This document shows positions 8,486 to 19,077 of a DNA stretch of 32,000 nt, piece after piece. Both the position numbers and the translations under genes were made by a program. The DNA lies in the NCBI RefSeq assembly GCF_013365455.1, contig NZ_CP046578.1, positions 570,001 to 602,000 on the forward strand, written 5' to 3'. Origin of the DNA: Wolbachia endosymbiont of Dirofilaria (Dirofilaria) immitis (GTDB taxonomy: Bacteria; Pseudomonadota; Alphaproteobacteria; Rickettsiales; Anaplasmataceae). Within the stretch, counting starts at the first letter, position 1. Each line of letters begins with the position of its first letter. The notes beneath the pieces are model-generated. The model had not been told where the DNA came from and did not search any database. It saw only the letters and a program-made list of their open reading frames with translations.

Positions 8486-9568
8486 CTAAAAAATCCTTAA
8501 CTTATGGCCTAACTTACTGAATTTTGTCTCCATATATGAATCATTATGTTCATTACGCTCCATAATAAGTGGTAGACATTTTGTAACCTCTATACCGCTA
8601 CTTCTTAACCCTAATAACTTCCTATCGTTATTTGTAAGCAATTGGATTTTTTTGATGTCTAATTTCTCAAGTATTTTGGCTGCAATAGTAAAGTTTCTTT
8701 CATCATCTTTAAAACCCAATACTCTATTCGCATCCACAGTATCAAGGTTATATTTTCTCTGCACACCATACGCTCTTAACTTATTAGCTAAACCAATACC
8801 TCTTCCATCCTGCATCAAGTACAATATAATACCACCTCCAGAATCAGATATCACTTGGATTGCTTGATGTAGCTGGCTTCCACAATCGCATGATAAACTA
8901 TCTAACAAGTCACCTGTGTAGCATGAAGAATGAATTCTCACTAACGGCTCACCTTCTTCACCTGGACTACCAATAATAATTGCATAATGTTCTTTTCCAC
9001 AACTTCTAGTTCTGTAAGATACAATATTTACCTTTCGAGCTTGCTTCAAAAACAGAGATGTTCTGCATACTTCATATACACCATAATCCTGTTGAAAATG
9101 ATTTACAAGTGATGTATCCAGCGCAATGACATCATTTTTCTCACACCAATATCGCATTTCATTCTCATCTTTAAAAGTCATATCAACTACCAACGCGTAC
9201 GGTAGTAACTCTGAAAACTTAAGCAAAGCAATAGCATATTCATCTATTGTTTTTGAACATTGTAATCTCTCTGTATAATCTTCTATTGAACAGTTTACTA
9301 AACTTAGCAGCTCATCAAAGTTGTTCACCGGCAAGCGTTTGTTATCACTTTTCCCATTCTTTAATATATACTGCATCTTATCTGAAGTTAAGGTGATATA
9401 CAGATTATTTGATATAACCTTATACTGATCAAACAAATCTCTCTCCAAAGTTTCAGCAGCAGCAAACAATAGATAATCACTTTCATCATATATTAAAATT
9501 GGTAGGCTACACCTAATCTCACTAACAGCTCTTTTTACCTTGTTTCTACCTTGATTTTCTATCAACAT
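8486..9568 (-). CDS. ribA: GTP cyclohydrolase II with an N-terminal extra domain (riboflavin pathway)
   Basis: 360 aa with the zinc/catalytic signature HSSCYTGDLLDSLSCDCGSQL, then DGRGIGLANKLRAY and LTNN. It lies directly upstream of virB8 on the same strand. Confidence 0.9.
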   Translation of the reverse strand: MLIENQGRNKVKRAVSEIRCSLPILIYDESDYLLFAAAETLERDLFDQYKVISNNLYITLTSDKMQYILKNGKSDNKRLPVNNFDELLSLVNCSIEDYTERLQCSKTIDEYAIALLKFSELLPYALVVDMTFKDENEMRYWCEKNDVIALDTSLVNHFQQDYGVYEVCRTSLFLKQARKVNIVSYRTRSCGKEHYAIIIGSPGEEGEPLVRIHSSCYTGDLLDSLSCDCGSQLHQAIQVISDSGGGIILYLMQDGRGIGLANKLRAYGVQRKYNLDTVDANRVLGFKDDERNFTIAAKILEKLDIKKIQLLTNNDRKLLGLRSSGIEVTKCLPLIMERNEHNDSYMETKFSKLGHKLRIF

Positions 9569-9599
9569 TCTACTTACATAAATAACAATAAGAGAAAAT

Positions 9600-9687
9600 T
9601 GGTGCGGACGAGAAGACTTGAACTCCCAAGGCTCTTACAGCCACAGCGACCTCAACGCTGCGTGTCTACCAATTCCACCACGACCGC
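9600..9687 (-). tRNA. tRNA-Leu (anticodon GAG)
   Basis: Hand-folded cloverleaf. Acceptor GCGGUCG/CGUCCGC has one U-U. The D arm is GUG-GAAUUGGUAGA-CAC. The anticodon arm is CAGCG-UUGAGGU-CGCUG. There is a long variable arm, a T loop UUCAAGU and an encoded ACCA. It is close to the E. coli tRNA-Leu layout. Confidence 0.9.
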
Positions 9688-9730
9688 GCCTTATTCTAGC
9701 CTCTACATAATTATCTTAAATTACTTAATC

Positions 9731-9759
9731 ATTTTAAAATTTTTCATCTAAAGTGTCAA
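9731..9759 (-). promoter_or_regulatory. Near-consensus sigma-70-type promoter upstream of tRNA-Leu/ribA/virB8
   Basis: On the minus strand: TTGACA (9759-9754), 17-nt spacer, TAAAAT (9736-9731). This is about 40 nt upstream of the tRNA 5' end. Confidence 0.5.
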
Positions 9760-9877
9760 TCTGATACTAGAATAATTTTTAAATTACCTATACGATTAAA
9801 TAACGGTTTTTATAATTATAAACTTCATCTACTTAAGGTAATTATGTTACTATTTTTTAACTTAGGCTTTTATATAA

Positions 9878-11152
9878 ATGAATATAGCTAACATTTTTGT
9901 TTTTTTGACTTTACCCTTTGTAACCAGTTTCTACTCCGTCCACGCACAAATATTATATACATGGTCTCAAGTTATCCCTGGAAATAAATTAAGCGTACGC
10001 GCAATTATAGGTAATGATATATGTCCAATCGCTTATATTGATGGTAAGAAAGTAGAAATGTTAAACCGTAGCTCAATTAGTAACGGTAATCATACTGAAA
10101 CAGTTTGTGAACTGACAATAAAACCGAGTGCTAAAAACATTAGTATTAACAATATACAAATTCCCATACTACCAGAAAAAATTAGTAAAATTGCTTTTAT
10201 TGGTGATACGGGCTGCAGAACAAATACACTATTTCAGCAGGAATGTAATTCCGCAGATAGCTGGCCTTTTAAAAAAAATTTGGATTCTATTGCTTTCCAT
10301 AAACCGGACTTAACTATCCATGTTGGCGATTATCATTATAGAAAAACAAAATGTAGAAACACAAGAAAATGTGGTGATGTTTACGGACATAATAAAGAAG
10401 TTTGGTATGCTGATTGGTTTACCCCCGCAAAGGATATTTTATTACAATCTTCCTTTCTCTTTGTTAGAGGGAATCATGAAGACTGTAATAGAGCTTATGA
10501 AGGATGGTTTAGATACCTAGATCCATATCCCCTTTCATCTGAAAAGTGTGTAGATTGCATCCCTAGCTGGTCCTTAGATGCTGGACCGATTAGATTTTTC
10601 ATCTTTGACTCTTCATCTGGTAAGGATATCCTTACAAATCAAAGGACAACTAATACCTTTAAAAAACAATTTGATAAACTAATACAAAACAGTTCCGATA
10701 AGCCTACATGGTTTTTAACTCATAAACCGCTTTGGAGGTCCATAAAAAAAGAATTTTTGACACTAAAAAGCCATGGCAATCTTACACAAATTGAAGCTTT
10801 CGGAGATAAATTTCCCAGTAATATAACTACCATAGTCTCCGGACACATTCACATAGCTCAGATATTATTAATGGACAATGTTCCAGATCAGATCATAGTC
10901 GGAAATGGTGGTGCACTATTACATGCTCAAGATCAGGAGCCGCTTTACCGGAATGTAGAATTTAGTTATCCGAATGATAAAAACTACTTAGCACATGAAG
11001 TTAGAAACTTCTTCGGCTTCGGTTTTGCAATATTAAACTTAGATGACCACAAATTTACTTTCTATAACCAAGATAATAAGGAAATACATTCTGTAAAATT
11101 AACGAAAGACTTTAAGCTTATGGGATATACTAGAGCTATGACTTTAGATTAA
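9878..11152 (+). CDS. Secreted calcineurin-like metallophosphoesterase
   Basis: 424 aa with a signal peptide (FVFLTLPFVTSFYSVHA) and metallophosphoesterase motifs GDTG, GDYHY, RGNHE and GHIH. Confidence 0.8.
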   Translation: MNIANIFVFLTLPFVTSFYSVHAQILYTWSQVIPGNKLSVRAIIGNDICPIAYIDGKKVEMLNRSSISNGNHTETVCELTIKPSAKNISINNIQIPILPEKISKIAFIGDTGCRTNTLFQQECNSADSWPFKKNLDSIAFHKPDLTIHVGDYHYRKTKCRNTRKCGDVYGHNKEVWYADWFTPAKDILLQSSFLFVRGNHEDCNRAYEGWFRYLDPYPLSSEKCVDCIPSWSLDAGPIRFFIFDSSSGKDILTNQRTTNTFKKQFDKLIQNSSDKPTWFLTHKPLWRSIKKEFLTLKSHGNLTQIEAFGDKFPSNITTIVSGHIHIAQILLMDNVPDQIIVGNGGALLHAQDQEPLYRNVEFSYPNDKNYLAHEVRNFFGFGFAILNLDDHKFTFYNQDNKEIHSVKLTKDFKLMGYTRAMTLD

Positions 11153-11270
11153 CAGTTTTACGTTTAATAATAGAAAAACATCAACTGTTTCGCACTATTA
11201 ATCCAATACACACAGTATCAAAACACGATAATCATGAATTCATCCAGTAAAAAGCGTTGAAAATAGAAGT

Positions 11271-11288
11271 TTTGCGCTATAAAGCGCA
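11271..11288 (+). terminator. Short GC-cored hairpin about 120 nt after the phosphoesterase stop
   Basis: TTGCGCT-ATAA-AGCGCAA, a perfect 7-bp stem. No T-run follows, so its function as a terminator is uncertain. Confidence 0.25.
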
Positions 11289-14200
11289 ATAAACAAGCGT
11301 AGAAAAATGCAACCAGAAAAGGTATATGGTTTATTTTAAGTCACTCTTAAAGTAGCCAAAAACCGTTTCCAATAATAGGCCTTTTTCTCAGCAAAACCTT
11401 TCTTCCATTCAATGAAATTAATACGGTCTTTTATATTCCTTATTTTGTAAATATGCTTAAATTTCTATTAAATAGTTTTTAAATATTATTTTTTCTAACA
11501 TAGTCTTCATCTCTAAACAACAAACTTACTAACTTTTGAGCTTAGATCTAGAAGTAATTTTCTTCTCATTGATGATCATATACAATCTAAAATCACAAAA
11601 CTAGCAAGCGCTTTTGTTTAATTTTACAACTCCAGCAAAAACCTCATTAAGATTCTTTTTTTACAGTCTGCTATATAATGCATCAAATCAATATGAGGTA
11701 CCCTATATTTTTGCTTGCTAATATAGCCATTGTAGCAGAATCACCAAACATGTAAAGGTAACATTAGAAAGTCCAACTCATGTAATAACTTTAGATAGCA
11801 TTAATAAAACAATTCTGTTATATTTTTACTTATTAGATAATCTTCTACCATAGGTAAGATAGAATATCAAGGAGTTACCTTACTTTCCTTCTTTTCTTCA
11901 CTCTCTTTTCCAATCCATAGTTAAGTTCTAAAGGATACCCCTATCGATTTAAAGTAAGCTTGTCCCACAACTGCCAGCTTTTGATGATGGAAATCGTTAT
12001 ATTATTTAAATCTTTTAATTTAAATAATCACTAAATAAACAATAAATTTATCCTATAGTAGCTAAGAGAGATCAATAAAAATAACGGCAAAAATAGGCTT
12101 TTTGTCAGCTTGGTAAATTTAAATTAATTTCTTTACTTTTCTAAATTAAATTTGGTTTAACCCTTTTTTTAACCTTTATATACTAAAGCTTTGATTTATC
12201 CACTCACAGTAAAATTCAATCAGAGAAAGTACACTGCAACAGGCACGTTTCTGAGCTAGCCTGTAAGCAAAGACAATGTAGACAGTTTTATTATAAAAAG
12301 AATAAAGCTCAAGAAGTAAGATGATAGAGAAAAAACAATAACATTTTTACAGTCTCTCCACATCAGAGAACATACAGCACTCACAAATTAGGTGACTAAA
12401 AACATTTTTTGAGTGAGTTTTAAGAGAGTAAAAAATACAACCTCCATAAAAATAACTCTTGTAATGTCCGGACAGGTAAAAATTTCTACTATAAGAGAGG
12501 ATATTCTCTATTTAAAGGAGAAGTGCATTACAGTACAGAAATAGTAGTAAATGTTATTACTACGACTTATGTGCAGTCAAACAAGGACTGTGAGCTAGTA
12601 TCTTTTAGCTCCCTATACTGTGATAGAAACGATATCAGAATAATGACCCACCAACATTAGTTTACCTGCAGCAAGTTACACAATAGTTGTTGAAAAGAAA
12701 TGATGAAGATGAGCTTTTAATCTACCTTACTAATAAGCAAGAAGCATGCACAAAGATTAAAATAAACATAGGTTTTGATGCCTTAAATTACGTGAATTCA
12801 TTTTCTAAAATAGTACTACTAAGAAAACTTAAATATAAAAGAAATCTTACTTGAAGCTTGGGATTAACTATATTCTTTTAAAAAAAGTTAAAATATTAAA
12901 TCAATAAGATTGATACAACAGACCAAGCACAGTTACTCAAGAGTTAATTACTAATAAAGTAAATAAATTATGACAAGCAGTACTTAATACTACTAATAGC
13001 AAAGTTGAAATTCGGTATTTAGGTTACTAATAAAGTCAATCTTCATCCGGAAAGAAGCTTATAAATAAAGTTGATAGAGCAGATCTTACTTAAGAAATGT
13101 AAGCTTACTACAAAAAAGCAGAAAAGAATTATACAAGATATTATTAATTTGATATTAAGCAAGGTCACATGAAAAAATAATCTAGATCAAAGCCTTTAGG
13201 AAACATAAAAAAACTACTAAATTGCTTGTTAACAGAAGCAAAATAAGTAGAGATAATATTCATAATCTCGTAAAAGAAGAAAGTAGGCAAGTTGGTTTTA
13301 GCGCAAGGTACCTTACTCTATATGGCAACTTATAGCAAGCTAGTAAAGCGTGCCCAGTGGTAAAACAAAAAAAGCTGGTAAGGGAAAAATTAACTGGACT
13401 ATTAGCTAAATCACTGCTGGGTGGTTTCATGAAAATGAAAAAACACAGCAAATACAACAATTTAAAATATTACAACCACTTTCTTAGCGCCAAAGTGGAT
13501 AAGTTATGATATAAACAGTTTTAGAAGTAAAGGATGGTTAAAAACAGAAAAAATTAATGAATAACTCTATTTTACAGAGGAAGGATAGTAGGTAAAATTG
13601 ATGAACGGTGATAATAAAAATACGCTAGTAATTAAAGTTACAAATAATAAAGGTACAAAAGGCTGTAGTAGGTAATCCAGGGTTAAGAACTTCGTTAGCA
13701 AACAACTTGAGAGGGATTAGAGCTTTTAAAATAATGTGAAAGTCAGAATGAGTCCATAGGCTAACAATACAGCTATTTAACTACTTACTGATAAAAAATA
13801 CGTAAGTAACTAAAGTTGTCAATGAGCAAGGGTTAGGAGTTATAGCTATAAATCCTTTAAAGAGGAAGGTAGAGCTTCTTAAATTTGTTGTAAAGGGAGA
13901 AAGAGATGAAGCCATAAAGCAGATCCAGTCTTCATAGAGCACAATGGTGTAACCCCTTGGCAATAGTTTACGGTAGCTTAAAATCTAAGTCTTTTTTGCA
14001 AGGAAGGAGAAAAAATTATCAAAATATATCTGTAAAGCAAAAATCGCACTGAATGATAAGATCATAGCTACTTTACCAAAACAGATTAACTACATGATCA
14101 GTGATCACTGGTTACAAATAATCATGTATAAAAAGAGGAAGTGACTCCTCTATAGAGACTTCCATTATTTGAAAATTGTTAAATTTGTCAGTAGTTTTAA

Positions 14201-14737
14201 TATTAGCAATTATAAATAGATTTTTTAATAATCCACAGTATTCAAATGTTTCAGGTGAAAACAAATCCATAAGTTTAGATTATATAAAAATAACATAATA
14301 CAGATCTCAGCTAGTTACTAAGCCATCAGCCATTATATTTTTTGCCATAGAAGAACTTGCTGAGTTAGACTCAATTGCTGCGTTTGAATCAACACATTAT
14401 AGAAAAGATGAAGAAACGTTCACATTAATTGATAAATTTAACTATTTTGATCAAAGCTGCCTGTTTAGGTAGAGCAATGACCATAAAGAAACGAAATATG
14501 CTCTTATACTTTTGCTAAAATTGATAAAGAACATCAGACAGCAGATATACAGATGGTGATTTTTACTTAGCAAAACATAACAAAATATCTCTTTACACCA
14601 TCCCGAAGTTATAAACTCTGTAAAAATATTCTTAATTTCTCTTCGTCCTTCTTGGATAAAGTTAGTTTCGCCTATTTAAAATAAAATCTAGAGCCACATA
14701 ATGCAGATGTTGATAGCATTCAAAAGTGGCCAGACGG

Positions 14738-14950
14738 TTATAGAGCTATACATTTATATGTAGCACAAACTGCTTTACCTGCTGTGTCAACCATAACTAT
14801 TGCACCTCGATGAAATATTAATAAGTTAATTCTTATACTAAAATCCTCTTTGGAGTTATGTTCTAAGGTATACTCTAACATCTTGTGATGCTTATCTCCT
14901 ACATAATTAACAACTTCCACTACAACTAACTCATTTTTTACCCTCAACAC
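14738..14950 (-). CDS. Hypothetical 70-aa protein or gene remnant
   Basis: A GTG start at 14950 is preceded by AAGGAGA (14962-14956) with a 5-nt spacer. The sequence (VKNELVVVEVVNYVGDKHHKMLEYTLEH...) is non-repetitive. I recognise no family. Confidence 0.25.
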   Translation of the reverse strand: MLRVKNELVVVEVVNYVGDKHHKMLEYTLEHNSKEDFSIRINLLIFHRGAIVMVDTAGKAVCATYKCIAL

Positions 14951-16035
14951 TTTTATCTCCTTTTTACTTTTCCAAGCTCTTCAATACTTTTTGATTTTGC
15001 ATCTAAAATCCCTTTTTTTTAAATATAAGTAAACTTTTCACTTTTCTCAGTTTTGTGTATTTCAATGATTCATCTTAGTTGCACCATTTGTCTCATAATA
15101 ACAATATCTTTCTCTTATAGAATAAGAGCAACCGATATATCATTTAGTTGAGCCTATGTTGAAGACAATGAAAGAAAACGAAAAATAACACAAAAAAAAT
15201 GTAGTCAGAATAAAAAGGATACATATATCAGAATCCATTCTACTAGACCAAAGCTTAATATTGTATGTAAAGTTATTAAATTTCATCTATCTAGAGTAAC
15301 TTCCAAGAAACATTTTACTACTAAAGTAAGCAAATCTTAATTCATAAAACTGTTATAGTTAATGTGGGTTAATACAAAAAAGCCAGCCATTATTATACCT
15401 CAAGAATATAAGATCGCATCAAAACCCAGATTAAGTAAAAAACCAACATACTTCCTTCTTACTAAGCAGAATAAACACACTGATGAAAGTAAGCAGAAAC
15501 TTAGTTCAACACATTAAAAAAACTCAAAAGCCAAGTCCATGATGTATATTGATAGATATTTATATAGAGAAAATTTTTATAGAATTAAATGTAAGCAACA
15601 GCACTCTCTCATCAATTACCGATTACTATAGTTAAAATAACAAAATTTGCTATACAAAAGCTAGACTTAGTCTTCAATTTTTTAAAGACAATCATCTTAA
15701 GGATGAAGAGGATAAAATTATAGCATATTAAATTAATATCATCAAGCTACAATTTTGCTATTCAAAAATACAACATAACACTATTCGTATTATTGGCCAT
15801 ATATAATTTTCCTTTTGTCATAAAATTTAGCTATTAAATTCACAACTAAAGCTGTCTTATAATCGAAGTGGAATATACCATGTTAACCTACTTTAAGTAT
15901 TAAGTAAAAAAGACTAATAAACAGAAAAAGCAATAGAAACAGATGTAATTACCTACTTTAAAGTAAATAACGTATATCTATACTATAAATAAACGTTGCC
16001 CATAATGAAAGAATTTCTAGCATAACAGAAAATAT

Positions 16036-19000
16036 TTATATTAGAATACTACGGTAACTGTTCTCTAAATCTTTCAGATCTACTTTTAAGGTATCCTTTA
16101 TATTTAGGAACTTTTCCTCTGTTACTTTACCGATGCATGAGAAGGCTACACCTCTAAATAATTCCTCAAACCTTTGCTGACTCTGTGGTGCTATAGTGAT
16201 CAAAATTCTACTTTGTGATTCAGAAAACATTATTATCTTATTTATTATATCCCTATTTTGCGTTTCCCCTATTGGTACTAGTGAAAGATCAATTTCAGCA
16301 CCTAGATCCCCTGCAATTAGCGATTTTACTAAAGCAATAGCTAGCCCACCTAAGTTTGATGCAATTGCAGAAGCAATTATATCATCTTTTATTGCAAAGT
16401 TATAACGCTCATACAACTTCTTAGCACTTTTTGCATTAACCTTTGGTACACTATTATTGCCTATTCCACTATATAATTGATATTCGGATTTACCAAGCTC
16501 GTCATAAGTTACACCAAGCACATATATCAAATCTCCTGGCATTTTTACATCAAGAGATACTACATTCTCGATATTTTCTATAACCCCGATTGCTGAGATA
16601 AGCAGTGATGGTGGTGCAGAGATCATCACTTCCTTACCACTTTCATCATATCCCTTGAAGTCGTTGAACATACTATCTTTTCCAGATATGAATGGAGTTT
16701 TAAATGCAGTCGCAAAGTCATAACAAGCCTCTGCAGCCCTTTTTAGCTGCCATAGCCTTTCTGGGTTATAAGCGTCACACCAACAAAAATTGTCAAGCAA
16801 CGCTAGATGATTTATATTTCCTCCCGCAGCCACACAGCTGCGTATGGCAGTGTCAATTGCACATGCTGCCATATGATAAGTGTCAATTTCCCCATAGCTA
16901 GAGCCAAACCCTTGCGATTTCACAACTCCTTTATTTGAAGAAAGGATTGGTCTTGAGACAATAACTTCACTACATACTCTTCCCTTGCCTTGTAGTGGTT
17001 TCAACACTGATGAACCTTGAACTTCATGATCGTATTGCACCACTATAAACTCTTTACTACATATGTTTGGCCTACTTAGCATTTCTTTTAGTTCAATTTC
17101 TAGAAAAGGAAAGTTTGTTGCCACTCCAGCACATGACATGTAAATGGTATTATCCAAGTGCTTGATATTAGAATCCATTTTGCGCTTAGATTCACCATCG
17201 TATATACTTTTATATAAGGATTCAGGTTTAGTCTTTATAGACCAAGGCTTTGTCTGCAAATGAACTCTAGGGTTGCCATCGTGCAGAAACTCAGTTTCTA
17301 TATCCATGATTACCATCCCTTCAGAACATTTAACAATAGCTTTGCCACTATTGTTAAATTCTCCAATTATACTAACTTCTACATCATGTTTTTTCATGAT
17401 TTGCTTAAACGCAGGAAGGTTTTCTCCTGGTACTGCTAAGGTCATTCTCTCCTGTGATTCTGATATCCATATTTCCCATGGAGCCATATTATTGCTTTTA
17501 AGTAGAACCCTGCTTAAATCAACCTCAAACCCATCCCTTCCCATTTCACCAATAGATGATGATAGGCCACCTGCTCCATTGTCTGTTATTGCATTATAAA
17601 GACCAAGATCTCTTGCTTCCATTATGGCATTAGATAATTTTTTTTGCATAATAGGGTCACCAATTTGTACAACTGTTAAAGAACTGTTCCTCGATAGTGC
17701 TTCTGAAGAAAACGTCGCACCGTGAATTCCATCTCTTCCAACTCTTCCACCAATAATTATGATTTTATCACCATTTTTAAGCTTCTTAATATGTGAAGGT
17801 ACGTTATTTATACTGCGAGGAATAATCCCGACACTTCCAACAAAGACTAATGGCTTACCACAAAATCTATCATCAAAATGCACTGACCCAAGTTGCGTCG
17901 GGATACCAGAGGAATTACCAGCAACATTAACACCATGAATAACTTCTTTCATTATATATTTCGGCAGTAAAACCTCGTCAGTGCATTCCTTGTCCCTATA
18001 AAGTTTACCTCTTATTTCTTTGGCAAAGCAAAAATAATAAGTATTCATTATAGGCTCTGCACCCTTGCCAAAGCCTATTATATCACGGTTAACTCCAAGC
18101 ACTCCAGTCATTGCTCCTCCAAACGGATCAAGAGCTGAAGGACTATTGTGGGTTTCAACTTTATCTATAATCAAGTAATCGTCATCAAAGACTATCCCTC
18201 CTGCATTATCAGAGAAAACTGATACGCATATTTTAGAATTTATTTCATGTGTTGCACGCTTAATATAATGTGCATATAAGCCATCTTTTATTTCATCAAT
18301 AGAAGAACAAAAGATATTATGCTTACAATGTTCAGACCAAGTTTGCGCGAGAGATTCAAGTTCAATATCATATGGATTCCTGCCAAGTCTTTTGAAGTAA
18401 TCTTTTATAGTTTGCATTGCTATGAGAGAGAGCCCTAAAGGGCCATTACCATCAATTCCGTTCCTGCTGATATTCTCAAGTTCTTGGTTACTTACGTTCA
18501 AATTAACAGATTTAGCTCTATTTTTGCTTGTAGTTAGTTTCTTTTCTATCATTTCAGCGCAGAGTGCTGAAATGACACCAGAGTGAGTATTTGATCTACC
18601 ATAATATTTCCAACAACAATTACTGTTTCCTTTATAAACAAGCTTACAGTACTCAGTAAAAGGGTTAAATTCTTGCTTTATACTATCTTCTGCTGGTGCG
18701 TTCCCTTTACCTAAAATCAATTTAGAGCTCCTTGCTTTAATATAAATATCTTTATAAATATGACCCTTACTTAATAAATATTCTCTAACAATTTGTTCTG
18801 CTGTATTACCTACATTATCTGTCATACCAGGCAAGAAGCTTATCTCTAAGCCCCACTCAGCTTGCGGGTTGATGAAATCATATTGAACTTCCTCAAAATC
18901 TTCATTGTAGAAGTAATAATGGCAGTCTTGTATCACTCTATTGTAAAATAATTTACAAATTTCTTTATATAGTTTTAGTGGCAACTCTTTACTCATATAG

Positions 19001-19077
19001 ATTGAATAAATATCAACTAACCACCTATAACCAACCTGCTCATATCTATTTAAAACTTCTACTCTAATATTTACCAT
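16036..19077 (-). CDS. purL: FGAM synthase (PurL) with a large-PurL-type N-domain and linker but no glutaminase domain
   Basis: Motifs present are LGRNPYDIELESLAQTWSEHCKHNIF, KVETHNSPSALDPFGGAMTG and ESQERM. The start is uncertain: the track uses GTG at 19128, I prefer ATG at 19077 (MVNIRVEV), and ATG at 18996 is also possible. Confidence 0.9.
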   Translation of the reverse strand: MVNIRVEVLNRYEQVGYRWLVDIYSIYMSKELPLKLYKEICKLFYNRVIQDCHYYFYNEDFEEVQYDFINPQAEWGLEISFLPGMTDNVGNTAEQIVREYLLSKGHIYKDIYIKARSSKLILGKGNAPAEDSIKQEFNPFTEYCKLVYKGNSNCCWKYYGRSNTHSGVISALCAEMIEKKLTTSKNRAKSVNLNVSNQELENISRNGIDGNGPLGLSLIAMQTIKDYFKRLGRNPYDIELESLAQTWSEHCKHNIFCSSIDEIKDGLYAHYIKRATHEINSKICVSVFSDNAGGIVFDDDYLIIDKVETHNSPSALDPFGGAMTGVLGVNRDIIGFGKGAEPIMNTYYFCFAKEIRGKLYRDKECTDEVLLPKYIMKEVIHGVNVAGNSSGIPTQLGSVHFDDRFCGKPLVFVGSVGIIPRSINNVPSHIKKLKNGDKIIIIGGRVGRDGIHGATFSSEALSRNSSLTVVQIGDPIMQKKLSNAIMEARDLGLYNAITDNGAGGLSSSIGEMGRDGFEVDLSRVLLKSNNMAPWEIWISESQERMTLAVPGENLPAFKQIMKKHDVEVSIIGEFNNSGKAIVKCSEGMVIMDIETEFLHDGNPRVHLQTKPWSIKTKPESLYKSIYDGESKRKMDSNIKHLDNTIYMSCAGVATNFPFLEIELKEMLSRPNICSKEFIVVQYDHEVQGSSVLKPLQGKGRVCSEVIVSRPILSSNKGVVKSQGFGSSYGEIDTYHMAACAIDTAIRSCVAAGGNINHLALLDNFCWCDAYNPERLWQLKRAAEACYDFATAFKTPFISGKDSMFNDFKGYDESGKEVMISAPPSLLISAIGVIENIENVVSLDVKMPGDLIYVLGVTYDELGKSEYQLYSGIGNNSVPKVNAKSAKKLYERYNFAIKDDIIASAIASNLGGLAIALVKSLIAGDLGAEIDLSLVPIGETQNRDIINKIIMFSESQSRILITIAPQSQQRFEELFRGVAFSCIGKVTEEKFLNIKDTLKVDLKDLENSYRSILI

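Larger units (their letters stand above)
11153..16035. other. 4.9-kb gene desert, probably heavily decayed genes
   Basis: Only three ORFs of at least 60 codons across six frames, none recognisable. There are many short, protein-like, stop-interrupted open fragments and a coding-like purine skew. See findings. Confidence 0.6.

Noticed and set aside
9551-9751. 66-aa plus-strand ORF
   Set aside because: It overlaps the well-folded tRNA-Leu on the opposite strand and the ribA start region. It reads through tRNA sequence, so it is not credible.
11767-11774. GAAAGTCC resembling the RNase P RNA conserved region I
   Set aside because: The match is limited to the octamer. The required flanking GGGC and the other conserved regions (AGGGUGAAA..., ACAGAA.CGGCUUA) are absent.
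13260-13963. Minus-strand ORFs 13260-13460 and 13781-13963 in the desert
   Set aside because: They run against the local purine skew, which favours the plus strand. They have no Shine-Dalgarno and no recognisable motifs, and are best treated as chance ORFs in decayed DNA.
15362-15517. 51-codon lysine-rich ATG ORF (MWVNTKKPAIIIPQEYKIASKPRLSKKPTYFLLTKQNKHTDESKQKLSSTH)
   Set aside because: It has no ribosome-binding site. Its composition is what an A-rich strand yields by chance. I mention it only as part of the desert description.
15240-16035. Search for remnants of a PurL glutaminase domain immediately 3' of the purL stop
   Set aside because: I hand-translated about 0.55 kb of the minus strand directly 3' of the stop (roughly 15480-16035) in three frames. 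It gave only short fragments with no GGFSYGD, GVCNGCQ or HPER-like motifs, and the rest of the interval was not translated. Local decay of the domain is therefore unsupported by eye and is kept only as a hypothesis to test by tblastn.
16196-17599. Plus-strand ORFs inside purL (16196-16405, 16704-16901, 17273-17599)
   Set aside because: They are antisense to the strongly supported purL frame.
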